Assembly: GCA_965203555.1 (NCBI GenBank)
Contig: CBDBCY010000004.1
Coordinates: forward strand, 2,720,001-2,784,000
DNA length: 64,000 nt
Source of the DNA: Acidimicrobiia bacterium
Lineage (GTDB): Bacteria; Actinomycetota; Acidimicrobiia; Spongiisociales; ZC4RG35
Direction of reading: 5' to 3'
In this document: positions 60,801 through 64,000 of the stretch, one piece after another
Layout: each line of letters begins with the position of its first letter
How positions within the stretch are numbered: position 1 is the first letter of the stretch
Program-made: the position numbers and the translations under genes
Notes under the pieces: generated by a model
Told to the model about the DNA's origin: nothing
The model's input: only the letters and a program-made list of their open reading frames with translations
Database searches by the model: none

Positions 60801-61433
60801 CGGTGGGGGCCTCGATCTCGGTTCCCGACATTATAGAGGCCGCTCTCGGCCCGTCGGGGAGCCGTTTCGGGGTCGGGAAGCGTGGCGTCTCCACCAGTGC
60901 GACTACCAAGATCCCCCAATCCGTCATCTCCCAAGGTGTCACAGGACAAAGGCCGCCACCTCTCAGACACGCCAGAAGATAAGCTGCAAGAGCATGACAT
61001 CACGAGTCCGAGAGTCCACGGTTGACATGGACTGCTTGGTGACGGACATGATCAAGCGAGGCCCCTTCAACGTGCAACGACCTGCCGAACTGTCCAAGAT
61101 TCACTTCGAGCAACTCCGATCGATCCTTGCCAAAGTCATCGACATGTACACCCTTACGGGGATCTCGCGCCTTGGCAGCCGGGACCCCGGATTATGGACG
61201 GCGTTACCCTGGTCGAGTTGTTCAAACGCCGCGATTTCGAAGCTGCCGAGAGTTATCTCGCTATAGAGTCGGGTTTTCTACCTGCGTAACCACACTTTGA
61301 CAACGTCGTGTCGGCCTACGACGATGGGTTATTGAGGTACTGCACTCCCCAATCGCGGTGTCCTCCGCGAACCTTCGGCTACGCAGATCAAACGTGATGG
61401 ACCGACACCCCGTGATGACGTGTTGGCGGTTTA

Positions 61434-61618
61434 TGAATCACCCCGGGAGTCACCCCGGGTTTTCTGGAGACTTTCTATCTTGAGAGGATGGAGAATTATG
61501 GGAAGACCTAGCAGGTATGCGTCGGAGGTGCGAGAGCGTGCGGTGCCGCTCGCAGTGGGCGGCGATCTGTTCCGTTGCGGAGAAGTTCGGATGTTCGCCG
61601 GAGACGCTGTGTAAGCTG
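61434..61618 (+). mobile_element. IS3-family left end and orfA remnant
   Basis: TGAATCACCCCGG...TCTGGAGAC end; MGRPSRYASEVRERAV and SQWAAICSVAEKFGCSPETL in different frames. Confidence 0.75.
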
Positions 61619-61935
61619 GGCAGGGAAGGGATACCTCGAGGCCCAGCCTTGTCCCGGTCGAGGCAAGTCCTATCTTCTCTACGACCCGTCCGTCGTCCAG
61701 AGGGCCGCCGACTTGAGGGACCTCGGCTGGCTCGGGATCCCGGTGAACAAGGCCGTCGATATTTTGGACGGTTACGCGGAGCTCCGTTCCGCGCGTTGAG
61801 GCCCACCGATCACGCCGACCACCAGGCGACGATCACCGATTAGGTCGCTGCCCTTCGATTTTGGGTTGTAATGTCTGGTGATAGTCCGCTAGCCCCGGTG
61901 GACACATTCGAGTCCTAGGAAAACGTCGAGTGTCC

Positions 61936-62238
61936 TCAGAACAGCCACCCAAAGTTACGCTCGCCGGGTTCGGCTTGGAATACCCAATTCTCGAACCTGT
62001 CCACGAAGACCACCAGTGGACGACTGATGCCGTACCCCACATAAGCGACCACGTTGGGGCGCTCTGAGGGTTCCAGCCGCCATTTCTCCCAAGGAGGTTT
62101 CTTTGGTTCCGGGTTCAGCGTCAGAGCTTCCGCCAAAGGCAAGACCTCTATTGGCTCGTCGAGAACCGCCTCGACGTCGTAGGGGGTAATCCAGTCCCTG
62201 AGCGCCGATTGGGTTATGTAGGGAGCCGCGTCTTGCAA
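61936..62238 (-). CDS. hypothetical protein, possibly RelE/BrnT-like toxin
   Basis: ITQSALRDWITPYDVEAVLDEP...YVGYGISRPLVVFV; small, 6 bp downstream of partner gene. Confidence 0.4.
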   Translation of the reverse strand: MQDAAPYITQSALRDWITPYDVEAVLDEPIEVLPLAEALTLNPEPKKPPWEKWRLEPSERPNVVAYVGYGISRPLVVFVDRFENWVFQAEPGERNFGWLF

Positions 62239-62244
62239 GTCGTA

Positions 62245-62526
62245 TCAAACAACGGGGGACAGGAGCGACTCCACGGCGGACCTCTGCTCGGGGCGCAACA
62301 GGTTGAGAAGGCGGCCCCTGTCTTCAGCGGGGCGGCTGGCGATTTTTCGTGTGGCGTGGGATGGGTCCAGGGCGTTTAGGACATACTCCCAGTCCGCATC
62401 TGTATAGGAGTCGGCTATCCCCCTCGCTATGCGCCTCCCCCGCTCCCTCTGCTCGGACTCGACGAACCAACCGGTTGGGTCTCTGTCCGGTTCTGCAGCG
62501 CCCTGCGCTTTGACGGGGTGCTCCAT
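62245..62526 (-). CDS. hypothetical protein
   Basis: 93-aa ORF co-oriented and tightly coupled with 61936..62238. Confidence 0.45.
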   Translation of the reverse strand: MEHPVKAQGAAEPDRDPTGWFVESEQRERGRRIARGIADSYTDADWEYVLNALDPSHATRKIASRPAEDRGRLLNLLRPEQRSAVESLLSPVV

Positions 62527-62610
62527 GAAGACCAGCGTAATCGTCTCTCGGGGAGACCACAGCCACGATCATCAATAGTGGGGAAATCGGGCGTGGCATT
62601 TCGACCAGTT

Positions 62611-62710
62611 TCCATCCGATCGTGGTGACCCACCTGTTTTGATCGTGTTGTCCTCTTGACACCCCCGGTTAAGCCCCTGGTCAGGGGTGGTGGCCAACAC
62701 CCCACCACCA
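62611..62710 (+). repeat. dispersed ~100-bp repeat, copy C
   Basis: ATCGTGGTGACC / ATCGTGTTGTCC 23 bp apart, then TTAAGCCCCTGGTCAGGGGTGGTGG...CCACCA. Confidence 0.75.
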
Positions 62711-62798
62711 AGGGGTGATGAAGTGTGCGATCGATAGTGCTTCACTCGCTGCGGATCGCGGGTTGGCCATATTTGACGGTTGTATTGACATATTTGGT

Positions 62799-63044
62799 AT
62801 GGCATCCAAGACGACCATTGCCTTTGACGACGAGATGGAGGCCGCGCTTGAGGAACTGATGGCGCTGGACGGCACGATGCGGTTGGCCATCAAGCGAGCT
62901 CTCCTCGCTGAGGTCAAGCGCCGTCGGCGTAGCCGGGCTCTGCTTGACATGATTGCTGCCTGGGAGGTCCGCGAGGGGCCTATCGATGCTGTGCATCTCG
63001 AGTGGGCTGACACTGTGCTCGACCGTCAGGGCGTTGATCGTTGA
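62799..63044 (+). CDS. vapB: RHH-type antitoxin
   Basis: MASKTTIAFDDEM...AWEVREGPI...WAD; overlaps PIN gene. Confidence 0.7.
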   Translation: MASKTTIAFDDEMEAALEELMALDGTMRLAIKRALLAEVKRRRRSRALLDMIAAWEVREGPIDAVHLEWADTVLDRQGVDR

Positions 63045-63403
63045 TTATCGACGCAGGGCCGTTCATCTCAGACAGCGAGCACCTGAACTCTCGTCTTTGG
63101 GCACTGGTGAAGCGCGCAGCCGAACGGGGCGAGCAACTCCACACAACGCACCCTGTGTTGGCGCAGGTCTGGCGCGATCCCGCCCGGCAGGCCAACCTGA
63201 GCCGAGCGCTGCGCTGTTTCGACGTGCATGCGCTGGACGAGTCGGTTTCTGTCGGCCGGCGACCGGCAGCCACTGGCACCTCCGATGTCGCAGATGCCCA
63301 CCTCGCCGTGGTGGCCGAGCAACTCGGCACATTCATCGTCACCACCGACCACGGCGACATGTCAAAGTTAAACGCCCGCTTCGAGCGCTACACCGGGACC
63401 TGA
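63041..63403 (+). CDS. vapC: PIN-domain toxin
   Basis: IIDAGPFI, VLAQVWR, DVADAHLAV, IVTTDHGD. Confidence 0.78.
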   Translation: MIIDAGPFISDSEHLNSRLWALVKRAAERGEQLHTTHPVLAQVWRDPARQANLSRALRCFDVHALDESVSVGRRPAATGTSDVADAHLAVVAEQLGTFIVTTDHGDMSKLNARFERYTGT

Positions 63404-63407
63404 CCAT

Positions 63408-63566
63408 CCGGCCCACCTTGTACTCAACCGGCACGGGCCCCATGGGATGGAGTTCGCCAACGCCGCTCTTCCCAATCAGCCCGCATTTGTCCGACCAGAT
63501 CGGCTCTGCCCGTAGTTGACGGACTCCGCGAGGGCTTGTTGCGACACCCGAGTCGACTCGCTGGTG
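63408..63566 (-). pseudogene. cas4: cas4 (CRISPR-associated RecB-like nuclease) internal fragment
   Basis: HQRVDSG...RGVRQLRAEPIWSDKCGLIGKSGVGE...GPVPVEYKVGR matches the Cas4 core; catalytic Asp of GKxD decayed. Confidence 0.65.
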
Positions 63567-63606
63567 TGGTGAGCACGTAGCGACCCGCGAACAGCTTTTC
63601 ATAGGC
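63567..63606 (-). mobile_element. short IS1634 transposase remnant
   Basis: Encodes AYEKLFAGRYVLT, as in copies 1 and 2. Confidence 0.65.
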
Positions 63607-63644
63607 GAATGCCTTGACCGTTGAGAGGGTTTATGCTGTGTGTG

Positions 63645-63974
63645 ATGAGCAACCCCGTCTTAAACACCTCCCCTGCGGATCTAAGTGACATGTCTGACGA
63701 AGAACTCGACAGAGGGTTGGGAGATTACTCCGATTACATAACAGAAAACGGGGCCTTCGCTCGAGGGGACACGCTGTTCGCTACCGGCCACTGCATCGAA
63801 GATAGAGACGTGTGGTTCGACATCCTAACGGTCACCCTGGACGACATCATGAGAGAGTGTGCAGTGCCCGAGGAACAGAGAGAACAACGACAATTGCGGT
63901 ACCGTGTCTTCGCGGAGCACTTCCTTCAGCACTACGACGGGCCAGAAAAAACGGTTCCCCTGCTAGAGGATTGA
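63645..63974 (+). CDS. hypothetical protein, paralogue of 31037..31369
   Basis: FARGDTLFATGH, LTVTLDDIMRECA, GPEKTVPLLED. Confidence 0.7.
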   Translation: MSNPVLNTSPADLSDMSDEELDRGLGDYSDYITENGAFARGDTLFATGHCIEDRDVWFDILTVTLDDIMRECAVPEEQREQRQLRYRVFAEHFLQHYDGPEKTVPLLED

Positions 63975-64000
63975 AACCGAGAGGGGGACCTGGTGGCTCC

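Noticed and set aside
60727-61266. 179-aa ORF as a gene
   Set aside because: No recognisable motif or RBS, and it overlaps the antitoxin-like ORF on the other strand; probably decayed sequence.

Overview
High-GC actinobacterial DNA (Acidimicrobiia-like by inference from Thr/Ala-rich lipoproteins, leaderless promoters and a DUF222-HNH gene). 1-9.4 kb: nuoC-D-H-I-J-K-L-M-N, with no nuoEFG between nuoD and nuoH. 9.9-21 kb: mixed metabolic genes, several vapBC toxin-antitoxin loci, a Fic gene and a partly duplicated segment. 21-31 kb: divergent iron-uptake cluster (FbpABC-type Fe3+ ABC; heme- and siderophore-type binding proteins with FecCD/E transporter). 31-38 kb: DUF222-HNH, a nitroreductase-cyclase-phosphotriesterase-like operon, a K+ channel, an isochorismatase-family hydrolase and tRNA-Lys(TTT). 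From the tRNA to the window end is a defence island. It holds (i) a SNF2-helicase/DUF3883 + DUF1156 methylase + DUF499 ATPase operon and (ii) an IS1634-bracketed two-gene module: a ComEC-type metallo-beta-lactamase-fold protein plus a single 1130-aa E2-E1-JAB-patatin fusion. The MBL gene has a cryptic alternative-frame C-terminus ending PVGFG-RC. The island also holds (iii) an Mrr-like nuclease, a broken doc TA locus, further TA pairs and a cas4 remnant, together with nested IS1634/IS256/IS21/IS3 pieces and a dispersed ~100-bp repeat. Domain calls come from motif recognition by eye, not database searches.
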